Source: Lama guanicoe
Taxonomy: Eukaryota
DNA length: 46,205 bases
NCBI GenBank assembly: GCA_013239625.1
Contig: MU054220.1
Span: 1,975,509 to 2,021,713, forward strand
Direction: 5' to 3'
Shown here: positions 12,890-24,810 of the stretch, piece after piece
Layout of the letters: every line of letters begins with the position of its first letter
How positions within the stretch are numbered: the first letter of the stretch is position 1
Translations under genes and position numbers: made by a program
The notes under the pieces: generated by a model
Databases searched by the model: none
Told to the model about the DNA's origin: nothing
What the model saw: the letters and a program-made list of their open reading frames with translations, nothing else

Positions 12890-13200
12890 TACTACTTCTC
12901 TTCACTCTGAAATATCTTTTTCCTCCCTCCATCTCGTAAAATTCTATCCAGTCTTTTAGGACCATCTCAAATACCAAGTTTTGTATGCAGTCTTTTCCTG
13001 ATTCCACCTGCCATGGCTAATTCCCATCATACCTCAGTTATAACTCTCTAACGGTACTCACAATTTGCTGCCTTGTTTTAAAGTTACTGGGATCATTTTC
13101 TCTACTGGACTCTATACAGTAAGCAATTAGATTGTACTTGTCTTTGCCTCTGTTACCTAACTCATAGTAGATATTGCTCCATAAATGTGTGTGGTAGTTG
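12890..13200 (+). mobile_element. L2 LINE 3' fragment
   Basis: 'aattctatccagtcttttaggaccatctcaaatacc..cttttcctgatt..tagtagatattgctccataaatg'. Confidence 0.6.
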
Positions 13201-13349
13201 ATTTAGAAAGATAAAAAAAAAATAAGTAAAGCCACGTAGAAAGTACCAGAATTTGTATTCACAGTTAGCCATACTAGTGATATGAAAGTCTATGTATTTT
13301 ACCATCTTTTTAAAAGTCCAGGACTGTGGTCTGATACTAGTATTGTAAT

Positions 13350-14700
13350 ACGGCAAAACCAGCTTTTTTTGATTAGTATTTGCCTGACGTAACTTTTTCT
13401 ATGCTTTTAATTTCAATCTTTTTGGATAATTTTGTTTTAATATTTCTCTTGAGTAGTACATAGCTGGATTTTGTTTTTTACCCAATCTTAACGTTCTCTG
13501 TATTTTAGTGAGTGAGTTTGTTTTTTATTTGTTTTTTATTGAAGTATAGTCAGTTTACAATGTTGTATCAATTTCTGCCATACAACACAATAATTCTGTC
13601 ATACAGTTACATACATATATTCGTTTTCATATTCTTTTTCATTATAGGTTACTACAAGATATTGAATATAGTTCCCTGTGTTATACAATATAAACTTGTT
13701 GTTTATCTATTTTATATATAGTAGTTAATATCTGCAAATCCCCAACTCCCAATTTATCATGAGTAAGTTTTTAATACATTTAATTAATTTCTGCCATCTT
13801 ATTTTGTGTTTTCTGTGACTGTTCTTCTTTGACTTTTTTCCCTTTTCCTACTTTTCAATGTGCTAATAAAGTTTTAAAAAAGCATTCTGCCCCCCTCCCC
13901 CATTAGTTTGGAAGCTATGACAGAATCTGTAATCTTCTGGTATTTCTCTTAAATTTAACATACATATTTAGCTACACATTTTTTTAAATGTCAAATTGCA
14001 CATTATATTTATTACTCTCCAAACCAAGGAACAACATTCACTTTAAATAACTTATTAGCACTCTTCTCATCTTCTGATATTATTTTCTAAAATTTGAATT
14101 CTACCTTTCTTTAAATTGAAAAACTTTTTTATTGTGGTAAGATATATATATAACATATTTATCATTTTAACCATTCACAATATTTATCATTTTAATGATT
14201 GTAAGTATACAATTCAGTGGCATTAAACATATTCACAATCCTATGTGATAATCGTCACTACCAATACCCGAAACTTTTTCATCATCCCCAACAAAAACTC
14301 TGTATCCATTTCAAAATGACTCCCTCTTCTACCCTCCTCCCAGACTCTGGTAACTTCTATTCTATTTCTGTCTCTTTGAATTTGCCTATTCTAGGTACCT
14401 CATTTAAGTGCAATAATACAATATTTGTCCTCCTGTTTCTGGTATTTCACTAAGTATGTTTTCAAGGTCCATCTATGTTGTGACATACACCAAATTTCAT
14501 TCCATTTTAAGGCTGAATAGTATTCCATTGTATGTATATACCATGTTTATCCATTCATTTGTCAATGGACACTTGGGTCATTTCTACCTTTTGACTGTTG
14601 TGAAAAATGTGGCCATGAACTTTGGTGTTCAAGCATCTGCTCAAGTCTCTCTTTTCGTTTCTTTTGGATATATGTCAAGGAGCAGAATTGCAATTTCAAA
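13350..14700 (-). mobile_element. Nested antisense L1 fragments (3' ends at about 13520-13760 and 14125-14700 within an older L1)
   Basis: 'tttattgaagtatagtcagtttacaatgttg', 'tacaattcagtggcattaa', 'ggctgaatagtattccattg' are reverse-complement L1 3' UTR hallmarks. Confidence 0.85.
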
Positions 14701-14709
14701 GAGTTCTAT

Positions 14710-16905
14710 GGGCATCCTCATCTTGCTCCACATTTTAGTGGGCAGGCTTTCAGCTTTTCACTCTTGAGTATCATGCTGGCTGTGGGTTTGTCATAAATAG
14801 CTTTATTATGTTGAGATATGTTCCCTCTATACCCATTTTGGTAAGAGTGTTTATCATGAATAGATGTTGAATTTTATCAAATTTTTTTCTGCATCTATTG
14901 AGATGATCATGTGATTTTTGTCTCTTCTTCTGTTGATGTAGTGTTTCACACTGATTGATTTGCATATGTTGAATCATCCTTGTGACCCTGTGATGAATCC
15001 AACTTGATTATGGTGTATGATCTTTTTTACGTGTCATTGTATTAAGTTTGCTAATATTTTATTGATAATTTTTGCATCTATTTTCATCAAAGATATTGGC
15101 CTGTAATTTTCTTTTCTGGTAGTGTCTTTGTCTGGTTTTGGTATCAGGGTGATGGTGACTTCAAAGAATGAGTTTGGGAGTGTTCCTTCTTCTTCAGTCT
15201 TTTGGAAGAGTTTGAGAAGGACTGGTATAACATCCTCATATGTTTGGTAGAATTCTCCAATGAAGCCATCTGATTGTGGACTCTTGTTTGCAGGGAGTTT
15301 TAAAATTACAGATTCTATTTCACTTCTAGTGATCAGTCTGTTCAAATTACCTTTTTCTTCTTGATTTGGTTTTGGTGGACTGTATGTTTTTAACTACTTG
15401 TCCATTTCTTATAGGCTGTCCAATTTGTTGGCATATAATTGTTCACAGTATTCACTTTTAGTTTTTGTATATCTGTGGTATTGGTTTTTATTTCTCCTCT
15501 TTCATTTCTTATTTTGTTTATTTGGGTCCTTTTTCTTTTCCTCTTTGTGACCCTGGCCAGAGATTTGTTAATTTTGTTTACTCTTTTAAAACACCAGCTC
15601 TTGGTTTTATTGATTTTTTCTATTTTTAAAAATCTGTTTTATTTATTTCCCCTCTGATCTTTATTATTACTTTCCTTCTGCTGACTTAGGTTTCTTTTAT
15701 TCTTCTTTTTCTAATTCTTTTAGGCAGTAGGTTAGGTTGTTTGAGATTTTTCTTGTTTTTTGAGGAAGGCCTGTATCACTATGAACTTCCCTCTTAGGAT
15801 TGCTTCTACTGCATCCCACAGATTTTGTGTGGTTGTGTTTTCATTGTCATTTGTCTCAAGGTGTTTTTCAATTTCCACTTTGATTTCATCATTGTCTCAT
15901 TGGTTATCTAGTAGCATGTTGTTTAGTCTCCATGCAGTTTTTTTTTTCCCCTCATTTCTCTTTCTGTGGTTGATTTCTAGTTTCATGCCACTGCAGTCAG
16001 AAAAGATGCTGAAAGACTTCCTATCCTCTTAAATTTTGAGGCGTGTTTTGTGTCCTAGTATATGGTCTATCCTAGAGAATGTTCCATGTGCACTTGAAAA
16101 GAACGTATATTCTGGTTTTTTTGGATGTAATGTCCTGAAAATATCAACTAAGTGTAACTGTTCTACTGTGTCATTTAGGATCTCTGTTGCCTTGATTTTC
16201 TGTTTGGAAGATCTGTCCACTGATGTTAGTGGGGTGTTAAAGTCTCCTACTATTATTGTATTACCATCAGTTTCTTCCTTTATGTCTGTTAGTATTTGCT
16301 TTATGTATTTAGGTGCTCGTATATTGGCTGCATATATATTAACAATTGTAATATCCTCTTCTTGTATTGATCCTTTTATCATTATGTAATATCCTTCTTT
16401 ATTTTTCTTTATGGCCTTTCCTTTAGAGTCTATTTTGTCTGATATGAACATTGCTACCCCTGCTTTCTTGCCATTTCCATTTGCATGAAATATCTTTTTC
16501 CATCCCCTCATTTTCAATCTATGTGTGTCCTTCGCCCTAAAGTGGGTCTCTTGTAGGCAACATATTGTAAGCTCTTGTTTTATTATCCAACCTGCCATTC
16601 TATGTCTTTTGATTGCAGCATTTAGTTCCTTGACACTTAAAGTAATTCTTGATAGATATGTATTTATTGCCACTTTAAATCTTATTTTCCAGTTGATTTT
16701 GTATTTCTTCTTTGTTCCTTTTTTCTTATTGTTTTTCCTTTTGTGGTTTGATGATCTTTGTATTATGCTTGAGTTTTCTTCTTTTTGGTTTTTGTAACTC
16801 AACTGTATGTTTTTGATTTGTGGCTACCATGTTTTTAAAGAATGTTAACCCATTACTATACCTACTCGCTTTAGACTCATCAACATGTCGGCTCAAACAC
16901 ATTCT
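14710..16905 (-). mobile_element. L1 ORF2 pseudogene segment (endonuclease to start of RT)
   Basis: ORF 16029..16802 has CLQETH, GDFNTPL and SRIDHILGH (APE endonuclease). ORF 15034..15345 has [13 protein letters not shown] and YRPISL. ORF 14771..14977 continues the RT. Frameshifted. Confidence 0.95.
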
Positions 16906-16959
16906 AAAAAAAAGAAAGAAAGAAAGAAATCAAGTAGGTTTATTTTTGTTTATCTCGCT

Positions 16960-18030
16960 CAGGACTTTGACATCTCTTTTGTCAATTCTGGAAAATTCTC
17001 AGCCAATATATTTTAAAATACTGCTTCTTCATGATTTTTTCTATTCTTTTCTTCTGAAACTCCTATTAGATATACATTGTAGACTCTCAATGTCTCTCAT
17101 CTGTCCTTTTATAGTTTTTATCTCTATCTTTGTGGTACATTTAGTATTATCTGACAAATTATGAATTCTCTATTCAATTATGTCTAGTCTAGAGTTCATT
17201 CTCTTTCAATTATTAAAAAAAATTCAGTAACTTTATTTCTAGAACTTTCAAGGTCCTTTAAGGAATATACATGGCTTTGTTTCATTTTGCCTGTTCCTGT
17301 TTCCCAATTTTTCTTCTCTTCTAAAACTACTGTATTCCTTCTTTTTTCTCCCTGAGGATCCTAACTTTCATTTCAAAGTCAATTTAAAATGATTAATTAG
17401 TTTTATTTTCTCTGGAGTAAATTTACATTTCAGTTACTGGGTTTATTGGCTCTCTTTCTTAGCATTAGTTTTCCTTATGTGTTTTGGAACTGCAGTGTGC
17501 AGACTCATCTTAAGTAGTAGGCTTTACATTCTCACTCTCCCCTGGGGACAGATCTTAGTTTAGAACTAGGTCTCATACTTGATGACTTAAAGCTGTATTC
17601 CTGATGATATTAGGGATATCACAGAGGCTGTCACTGAATCTCTGAGTAGCTTGCACCACCAAGTCCTGACTAAAAGGCTGTCTGCTTCCTCTTGTACTCC
17701 CAGGTTTTATATAAGTCATTTACCAGAGAGACATAATAAGTTTCTTTGAATCTCCTTTAGAGGGGTGGAGGTGGAAAAGTCTGGCTCTAGTCTCTCACCC
17801 TATGTGTGAAACTTCTGTTCTCTACTATTCCATGAGAAATGAGCACTCAGTTACCTATGCTTGCTTCTAAAACCAGAGTGCAGGAGACCCATGGTTTTAG
17901 CTCCATTAATGTTGTGATTTTGTTTAGTTCCTGGTCCATAGATGAACTTATATTGATTTTACACATGGCTATGTCCGTTAAATTTTCTCTTAGGAAATTT
18001 TATTTATCATTACTGTGTGTTTGGAATATA
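16960..18030 (-). mobile_element. Old L1 5'/ORF1 fragment
   Basis: 'gtcaattctggaaaattctcagcca..tctgaaactcctattagatata' antisense old-L1 pattern. Confidence 0.55.
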
Positions 18031-18169
18031 TAGGAGGACCAAATCACAAACAATGCAAGCCTTTATCACCAGAAATCCAAAACAAACATTCTACCCATAT
18101 AAAAATGTACATTCTTGTTAATTTTCAATTGTATTTAACTAAATTGAAATGTTCTTTAATAGTCATCAA

Positions 18170-18435
18170 TCTTGAGAACAATAGAGGTTACCAGAGGGGA
18201 GGAAGGTAGAGGGAGAGGCAAAATAAGTGAAGAGGATAAGGGGATTAAGAGGTACAAACTAACAGGTGTAAAATAAATAAGTTACAAGGATGTAATGTAC
18301 AGCACAGGGAATATAGTAGATATTTTATAATAACTTTGTATGAAGTGTAATTTATAAAAATATTGAATTACTATGTTATATACCTAAAACTAACATAATA
18401 AGCCAACTATACTTCAATAAAAAATTAAATAAAGA
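18170..18435 (+). mobile_element. L1 3' end
   Basis: 'ggttaccagagggg..gggattaagaggtacaaact..tacagcacagggaatatag..caactatacttcaataaaaa'. Confidence 0.85.
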
Positions 18436-18654
18436 AAAAAATATAACTGGACAACAAATTTTGCAAAAAAAAAAAAAGTCATCAATCTTACCTCTAAAAT
18501 CAAATTTAAAAGTTTCTAAAAATATCTTAAAGGCCATACGGAAGTACACTATACGCCTGCCTTAAATGGATTTCTCCAAAACCAATATTCAGACTTCATT
18601 GAGCAAATTCTTTCATTTTCCTAAAGTTGCTCATTTTTTTCCCTTGAGATTTCA

Positions 18655-19680
18655 TTTTTTTTAATTTTGAAATAATTTCACACTTACAGAAAAGTTACAA
18701 AAATAGTACAAAGAAGTCCTGAATATCCTTTACCTAGATTGCTTGAATGTGAGTATTTCACCACATTTGCTTTCTCTTTCTCTCTCAATCTCTCTCTGCC
18801 ACATCTATATACATATAAATATACAGATCTTTATATTTTTATACATATTGTATTTCAGAATTGTTTAAGAGTAAGTCGTAGAGATGATGCTTCTTTACCC
18901 GAAACTTAGTATTTCCTAAAAAATAAGTAATTCTCTTATATAACAATAGTACAATGATCAAAATCAGAAAATTAAAATTTATACAATACTACTGTCTAAT
19001 CTACAGACCCAATAATGTCTTCTTTATAGGAAAACAGAATTCAAGATAATACATTGCACTGAGTTGTCATGACTTTTTAGTCTCTTTTAATCTTAAAGAG
19101 TTCCTAAGTCTTTCTTTGTATTTCATGACATTGACATTTTTAAAGAGTACAGGTTGTACTCCAATTTGGGTTTGTCTGATGTTTTCTCATGATTAGATTC
19201 AGGTTATACCCTTTTGGCAGGATTATCACAGAAGTGATGCTGAGTTTTCCCAGGCCATCAATATCAAGAGGTACTTGCTGTTGATTAGTCTAATTACTGG
19301 GGATGTTAACTTTGATCTTTTAGGTAAAGCAGTGTCTGCCAGGTTCACCTACTATTAAGTTATCCTTTGTAATTAATAAGTGCCTTTTGGAGAGATACTT
19401 TGAGGCTGTGGAAATATACTGTTACTCTTCAAACTTTCATTTATTACTTTCAGCATCCATTGATAATTCTTGCCAGAAGCAAAAACAGTTATGGTGGTTT
19501 TGCCAAATGATGATTTTCCCCCCAATTATATAATTTCATCTACATTTATAAGTTACCTTTCTTTAATAAAGAGCAGATACATGTGTATATTTTCATTTCC
19601 CCTTCTTTCTTACACAAAAGGTAGCATAATACAGATATTCTTTTGTCCAATTCATAGGGATCTAATTACCTCTTTTTAAG
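18655..19680 (-). mobile_element. Old L1 (L1MC/ME-type) 3' region
   Basis: 'ttttgaaataatttcacacttacagaaaagttacaaaaatagtac', 'gggtttgtctgatgttttctcatgattagattcagg'. Confidence 0.75.
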
Positions 19681-19895
19681 CTGTCATGAATAAGGAGATC
19701 AGGAAATCTCTCTTTGGATCTTCTGGCCACAACAGAATCAAAGATATCAAAATTAAAATTTCTTTGTGAATTATATAATTTTTACCTTAAAAGGTATAAA
19801 TAAATTTATTAAAATGAAATCGAAAACAAATGTCTCAAATTGTTTTTAACAAAAAAAAAACAAGAAAATAAAATTAGTTCCATAGTTCCCCATTT

Positions 19896-19948
19896 TATTT
19901 TAATTATAATTTTAATTATAATTTTAATTATAATTTAATTATAATTTG
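19896..19948. repeat. AT-only short tandem repeat, (TTTTAATTATAA)~4
   Basis: Directly visible repeated 11-12 bp unit. Confidence 0.85.
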
Positions 19949-20334
19949 AATATTTATATTCAATTAACTCTAGAGTAACATACCAAGAAAATACAGCAGA
20001 AAATGTATTAAAAATTAATGATTTTATAATTAGATATTTGTAAAATCTTAGGTAGTAAGAGTTCTTTACACAACTTCTTTTTCTCATTTAATAACAAAGG
20101 CCATTTATACAGAAAAAAAGTCAACAGATTTCCATTAAGTGGTAACTGTTTTCTCTGGAAAAACTAAAGAAATAAGCTTTAAGAATTTGCTTATGATATC
20201 AATTCCACATAAACATTTTCATTTTGGATATTAAAAAGCAAAAAGTCAGAATTGATTTAAATTACTTTGGTGAAGTGGCCAGTAACTCAAGGATGACCCA
20301 GGAAAGAATTAATATAAATGTAATCGTAGCAGAC

Positions 20335-21040
20335 TTATATATATAGCCATTCACATTCTATATACAGAAATAACAAAGAGCAAAAGGACCAAATTAAAAA
20401 ATTCCAGGTCATTTGCAATGTGCCAAGAGGCAAAGGTTCCAAGCTCCTACAATACTTCATATCTTCCAGGTACTCCTTGCTCTTACTCTGAATGAAAATG
20501 GCCAATGAGACTTGACTCACACAGTTAAACTGGATGGCAGCAGTTCAGTCTTCTTAGGCTATTCTCTTATCTCCTTTTATCTTTCTAAAATCAGGCTAGC
20601 TCATTAGATAGTATTAAAGTATACTATCTTCTGTTAGAATTGGGACTGTCTTCTGCTGTTTTGAGATGAGCTTTATTTGCAAGGAATCCTAAACAGATCT
20701 ATCAGAGAAGCAAAATGTGAGAAGAGATCACACCCAATTATGCAGCACAAACTGGCCACACCAAACACATAGGGTATAGATCAGCCTCTGAAAAATATAT
20801 AAGATCAAAGATCTTAAACATTTTAGAAAGAATTATGATTTAAAGTAACCTTTTTATTGCTTCTAGAAGCCGAAGGAAAAAAGATATTCCACATAGAGGG
20901 AACAGAAAAGAAAACTGTTGGGGCATATTTCCCACTAACGGATTGGCAAAATTAGCAGACTGGAGGTTTTTCCTGCAAAAAGTCACCAAACCCTAAAGAT
21001 GTATTCCTGTGGCATGATCTGGTCCCCTGAACTAACTATT
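20335..21040 (-). pseudogene. Maverick A32-like packaging ATPase remnant
   Basis: Minus strand: YIFRVW*LFAGKT (degenerate Walker A, GKT at 20973-20965); NIFFSFGF (cf. NIVWCY); IYFFRG (cf. INFVEG); SLIDLF ~20705 (cf. Walker B IIDDLM); FRKIKGDKRIA..IQFNCVSQVSLA..KSKEYLE..LPLGTL (cf. F.K.K..RTI.LN..VLFKNPRD..QI..LA..FLEA..PYGYL). The last part is the listed ORF 20335..20520. Span is about 230 codons, matching the family. Confidence 0.7.
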
Positions 21041-21149
21041 CCTGGATTTGTTCTTTCCTTCCTTGTGAAATTCAGACGAAGTCTAAGGCCCTTAAATGTT
21101 TTCTTTCCATTGCCTGTCTGCTATAGAATTTGGCAATGCTAACTTGAGA

Positions 21150-22320
21150 GAAATCAGTGAAGCATGTCAGCTTGGACTATGCTGCAGAGGTAGTTTAGAC
21201 AACACACTTGAACAGAAGTTGCCTCACACCAATTTCTTTTTTATAGTGCTACAAAGAAGTTTCTGCACAAAAGTTTAATGCAGAATTTCTAAGAACTTAT
21301 AACTCACTACTGGGGTATTGTACTCTATTGTTCAAACATACAATATACCTATTACAAGAAAAAATAATGTACAATAGGATCCTGTATCCAAGGAAAAATT
21401 TGACCAAGTGTGGTACATTTGGAATAAAGTTCTTCCCATAGGTATGCATCAGGTGAATCGATGGCAGGTTCTCTTCTCTGTTGGCCAGAAAGATGGCAGT
21501 GTAAGCAGCTTAGAAAACAGAGACTTGCGGTACTGCAGGTGGGCGCTCACAATCCCCTTCATTTGATCATGCCCAGGGTTGGTTAAACTAGAGGTAGAAC
21601 ATCCAAGATTGTTGTCAGGAACAGCCTCACAGGCCCTGTGAGCTGTGAAGAGCTTCTGCAATGGGAAGCATTAGCAGTGCTGAGTGTTCTTTCCTTGGTT
21701 ATGTCACCAAGTGCTCTTCTGTTACCAAAGCTCAGAAAAAATCTTCTCAAAGCAGTGGAATGGATTGCTTGTCCCACCCTGGGCTGATGCCAAGGGGAAA
21801 GGAGAGTATTTCCAGATAAAGTGATCACCAAGCAAATTGTCCCCCAGAAGACGAAGCAAAGGACTTCGGTCTTGTGTGCTGCTTCTCTGAAAGTAAACAG
21901 CTTTCCATTGGATCTTTGTTTATAGTTCAGTTAGGCCCCCTGCCAGAGTTAAAAAATGTTTCAAACTCCCTTTTCAAGCATTCCAACCTCAAAACTTATT
22001 GTGGAAAGCCTGGCAAGCTATGATAAACTCCCAATTGCATATTATCTCCATACCCACTTGTGTAAGTGGAGAAGCAACATGGTTCATTAACACCTTGCAG
22101 TTTTAAGTGTTAAGGATCGTTTCTTTTATATGGCTGTTTACTCCATGCCAACAGAGAAAGGCAAATCCATGTACCTCAGGATGGGAAATCAACGCACAGA
22201 GCACTGGGAGAAAGTTACTACAAACTCTTTATAGCCTGTTAGAAATTCAGATTATAAAAAGACAATGTAGCAATTTAGAAAATGCTCTTCATACACTATA
22301 AAAAACCAGGAAATAAAATT
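21150..22320 (-). pseudogene. Maverick major capsid protein (double jelly-roll, PY) remnant
   Basis: Minus strand, in order: *CMKSIF*IA ~22295 (cf. ECTKSELDLFQIA); YMDL 22173-22162; NHVASPLTQV ~22084 (cf. NYPVASIFSQL); RSSTQDRSPLLRLLG..GDHF (cf. RA..T..S..VELLG.LHSDLF); IHSTAL..RALG..LSTANA ~21765-21667 (cf. IVSASL..RLGH..LLTANAKYP; part of ORF 21583..21831); ENLPSIHLMHTY ~21470 (cf. EQIPTKPLQPDF); VLRNSALNF ~21295 (cf. LIKTGNL). Confidence 0.8.
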
Positions 22321-22419
22321 ATGTGTACATTATAATTTTAACTACATTAAAGTAGGTCTGTGTAAAGAAAATAATTAAAAATTAAGACAATTGTGTTTAC
22401 TAATTGTATTAAGGTTGTT

Positions 22420-22910
22420 GGCCTCTAATGAATTTCTTCCTGTCTCCCAAATATTCTGAAATGTTATTATATGTTAAATTTTTTTAATAAAAATTTGCTT
22501 AACAATAGTTACCATAATCTCTTGTTTTTCTCATTCCTACAAGGCCTTCAAATAGAGCTCTTAATAACAGAATTTCCAGGAGTTTGCATAATCTCATTTG
22601 AAATCCAGAGTAATTATGTTTTCATGATTTCTCTGGGGAATCACTCCCTAGGCTTAACAGGAAAAGTTTCTGGACAAAGAATGCTCCTATTTAGAATGTT
22701 GCAGTATTTCTGTTATGTCTTACCTCCTGCTACATGCTGCATCTCACATACTTTTTTATGTGGTCTCTAAACCTGTCATCTGTTATTACTTTCTCTTCAG
22801 CTCTTTCAACGTTTGTATCTCTTTTGTCAACTGGCTCATCCCATCTGTCCTCTTTTTTTCTGCTCCTGAAGTTAAATTTGGTGCTGCAGATAAAGCGCCC
22901 CTTGGTCTTC
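22420..22910 (-). pseudogene. Maverick PZ protein remnant
   Basis: QGALYLQHQI (cf. AEKMYLVP..QL); EMQHV..KYCNILNRSI ~22745-22680 (cf. EM..IL..K..Y..VLQRYL); LWISNEIMQTPGNS (cf. W...G...PGS); FLLKNLTYNNISEYLGD ~22490-22443 (cf. F...LA..NIP...VGN). Confidence 0.6.
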
Positions 22911-22914
22911 CGCG

Positions 22915-23195
22915 GATAGATCCTGCCACTGCCTCCCACAGTGTGATTACTCTCTACCTCCAGACCTCAAAACAGCTTCTGTCTGTTTTACTGCTGGATC
23001 ACATATCATATTCTCATCTTATTTCTTGTCGGTTTTCTTTTTTAGCGTTTTCAACTCAATACTAATTTCCTTCCAGGTTTTTCCCACCCATTGCATATCT
23101 GAGCTTTGTACAGCACTAGATGACATTTTAAGGGAAATTCTATTTTATTTTCTGCCTACAGCTACAGCTTTTAGGTTCTTTTATACCATCCTTTT
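22915..23195 (-). pseudogene. Maverick PW protein remnant
   Basis: Small basic remnant: MV*KNLKAV (cf. RVKRNL.LL); KNLEGN ~23082-23065 (cf. NTLKGN); LKTLKKK..ICD..KQ..VLRSGG ~22970 (cf. ILKKK..LCN..KK..LVKQSGG). Confidence 0.6.
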
Positions 23196-23199
23196 GTTC

Positions 23200-23495
23200 T
23201 CACTAGGATCTCCAAAATATTCCCATTACTATTACCAGCAGATTTTCACTGAAAACCCAACACTATTTTCATGGGTCCCTTAAATGTCAAAATTACTTTC
23301 CTTAGTACCACCCCATTTGAGAGCTGGGGGCATGACATTTACCAACTCTCTTAGTTCAAAGCCCAGCCAATAATTCTCAAACCACCATTCTTTGTCCTTG
23401 TTCAAGATGATATGAATTAGGTTGATAAAAAAATGCTTCATGCAAATGCTTTAGTCATAGGTCAAAGTCTTCTTGGATTTGACCATAATTCAAAA
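23200..23495 (-). pseudogene. Maverick adenain-like cysteine protease remnant
   Basis: LNYGQIQE ~23493 (cf. MNTxQI); IILNKDKEWWFENYWLGFEL 23412-23353 (cf. LVVNT....PGEHWLAVYL); HLRDP*K*CW ~23286-23256 (cf. QLQDP.S..CG). Shorter than expected, and the catalytic His is not retained. Confidence 0.55.
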
Positions 23496-23499
23496 TGAT

Positions 23500-23790
23500 A
23501 ATAAAATTGAAGAGGTGTTGGGATGCAGGATTTGTTCTGTTAGAGTCACATACATTAGACTTGCAGCTGCTGATTCCATTCTCTTCTGGGTTATCATCTC
23601 ATCTGATGTCTTGTTTAAATTACTATCATTTCCAGGTCACCTTCTTTGTGTTATTTTTTGTTTTATCTCCAAAGTTGGTCTCACTTTTTAGAAAATAAAC
23701 TCAGTTTCTTTCAGTAGCCATGTATACTTCTCTTTTAAAGATACTGGCAAATCCATATTTTTTTCCTCTTTTTCAGTTTTATTGGGTAGA
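23500..23790 (-). pseudogene. Possible Maverick PM protein remnant
   Basis: YGFASIFKR 23757-23731 (cf. G.G.GSIFR/K.LFR) followed by VRPTL and a basic stretch. It lies directly after the minor capsid. This is the weakest of the gene assignments. Confidence 0.4.
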
Positions 23791-23899
23791 ATTATTACAG
23801 TTCAATTGCACATATACATTATATTGCATGTAAATACATATATATAGTATACCGCACATTTTTTTAGTTTACATATATGTACTGATTGTTGATTCTAAA

Positions 23900-24382
23900 A
23901 AAAGATTAGAGCTTTAGTTTTTTAAAAAGTATTCATTTTCCTGACTTTAGCTGTTTTGTATTCTTTTATCTTTCCAAATTCAAGTCCATTCTTTCCAATT
24001 TTTTGCATTAGCTAGGAACCTCTAAAGTAAGAGAGCTCTAGACATACGTGATTAAAGTAGCCTTAATGATTCGGTAGTCTTTGACAGAAAACAGTCAGTT
24101 TCTTCCTGATACCTCTATAAAAAACCCTTCAAATTTTCTTATTAACTCATCATATTTCAATGTCACTTCAAGTTGTTTTCTTATTTCCAACAGAGAATTT
24201 TATTTCTAAAGATATATGAGAAAAGAACCCTAGTTAGTAGGCAAGTTCTTGCACAAAATTCTTGAAAGCACGTGCGAATCTAATGTGTTATCTGGTTAAA
24301 GACCTCAGTGAAAGAGGTGCCACAAAGTTTCTGAAGATTCTGGGATAGTTACTCCAAGAAGTCTTAAAGGAAGAACATAAAA
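23900..24382 (-). pseudogene. Maverick minor capsid protein (penton, PX) remnant
   Basis: FYVLP / KTSWSNYP..RNFVAPLSL from 24382 (cf. FYITLPSNAS..FP.N...F...L..PL.L); EVTLKYDELIRKF 24169-24131 (cf. EV...YD...RKV); GYFNH / YV*SSL ~24062-24029 (cf. GF..LYVYSDI); EFGKIKEYK..KMNT (cf. F.KPHY.PV....IDT). Confidence 0.7.
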
Positions 24383-24810
24383 ATTTAACAAGGAGTTCCC
24401 CTGTTCCCCGAACACCTACCTGTTTGTCAGGTGAAGTCTTGAATTCATTCACATAAAACTTTCTCTGTGATATAAACCTTCTTAATATTGATTTATTTTA
24501 AAACATTACCACTCTCTAATTCCCTCCTTGGTGCCATTTAACCAACTACCAATCTTCCCAGAAATGAAGGACATTTTTCAATATTCTTTTGTGATTGATT
24601 GAAAATCACAAAGCAGCTATAGATGACAAAACTTAATGAATCTATACTGAAAACTTATTTTTCCTGCCAAACCTTTGAAGATTTACTTTAAGTAAGAAAT
24701 GTTTTTTCTTACAGAGGAACACAAACAATTTCCCAACTACTTTTTTTTCCTAAAGGGACACAAACAATAACTTGAACATAAACTTGTACCTTAGGAAATA
24801 AGATATTGGT

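Noticed and set aside
20400..20800. Possible Toll-like receptor TIR-domain pseudogene on the minus strand (KNSRR, HWP, hydrophobic stretch)
   Set aside because: Motif spacing does not fit a TIR domain and there are no upstream LRRs. The ATPase reading explains the whole 20335-21040 span.
20700..21060. Alternative reading as the Maverick protease (FFSFG, WCGQF)
   Set aside because: The same DNA gives Walker A and B-like motifs collinear with an ATPase C-terminus of the right length, and a better protease candidate lies at 23200-23495. Not fully excluded without alignment.
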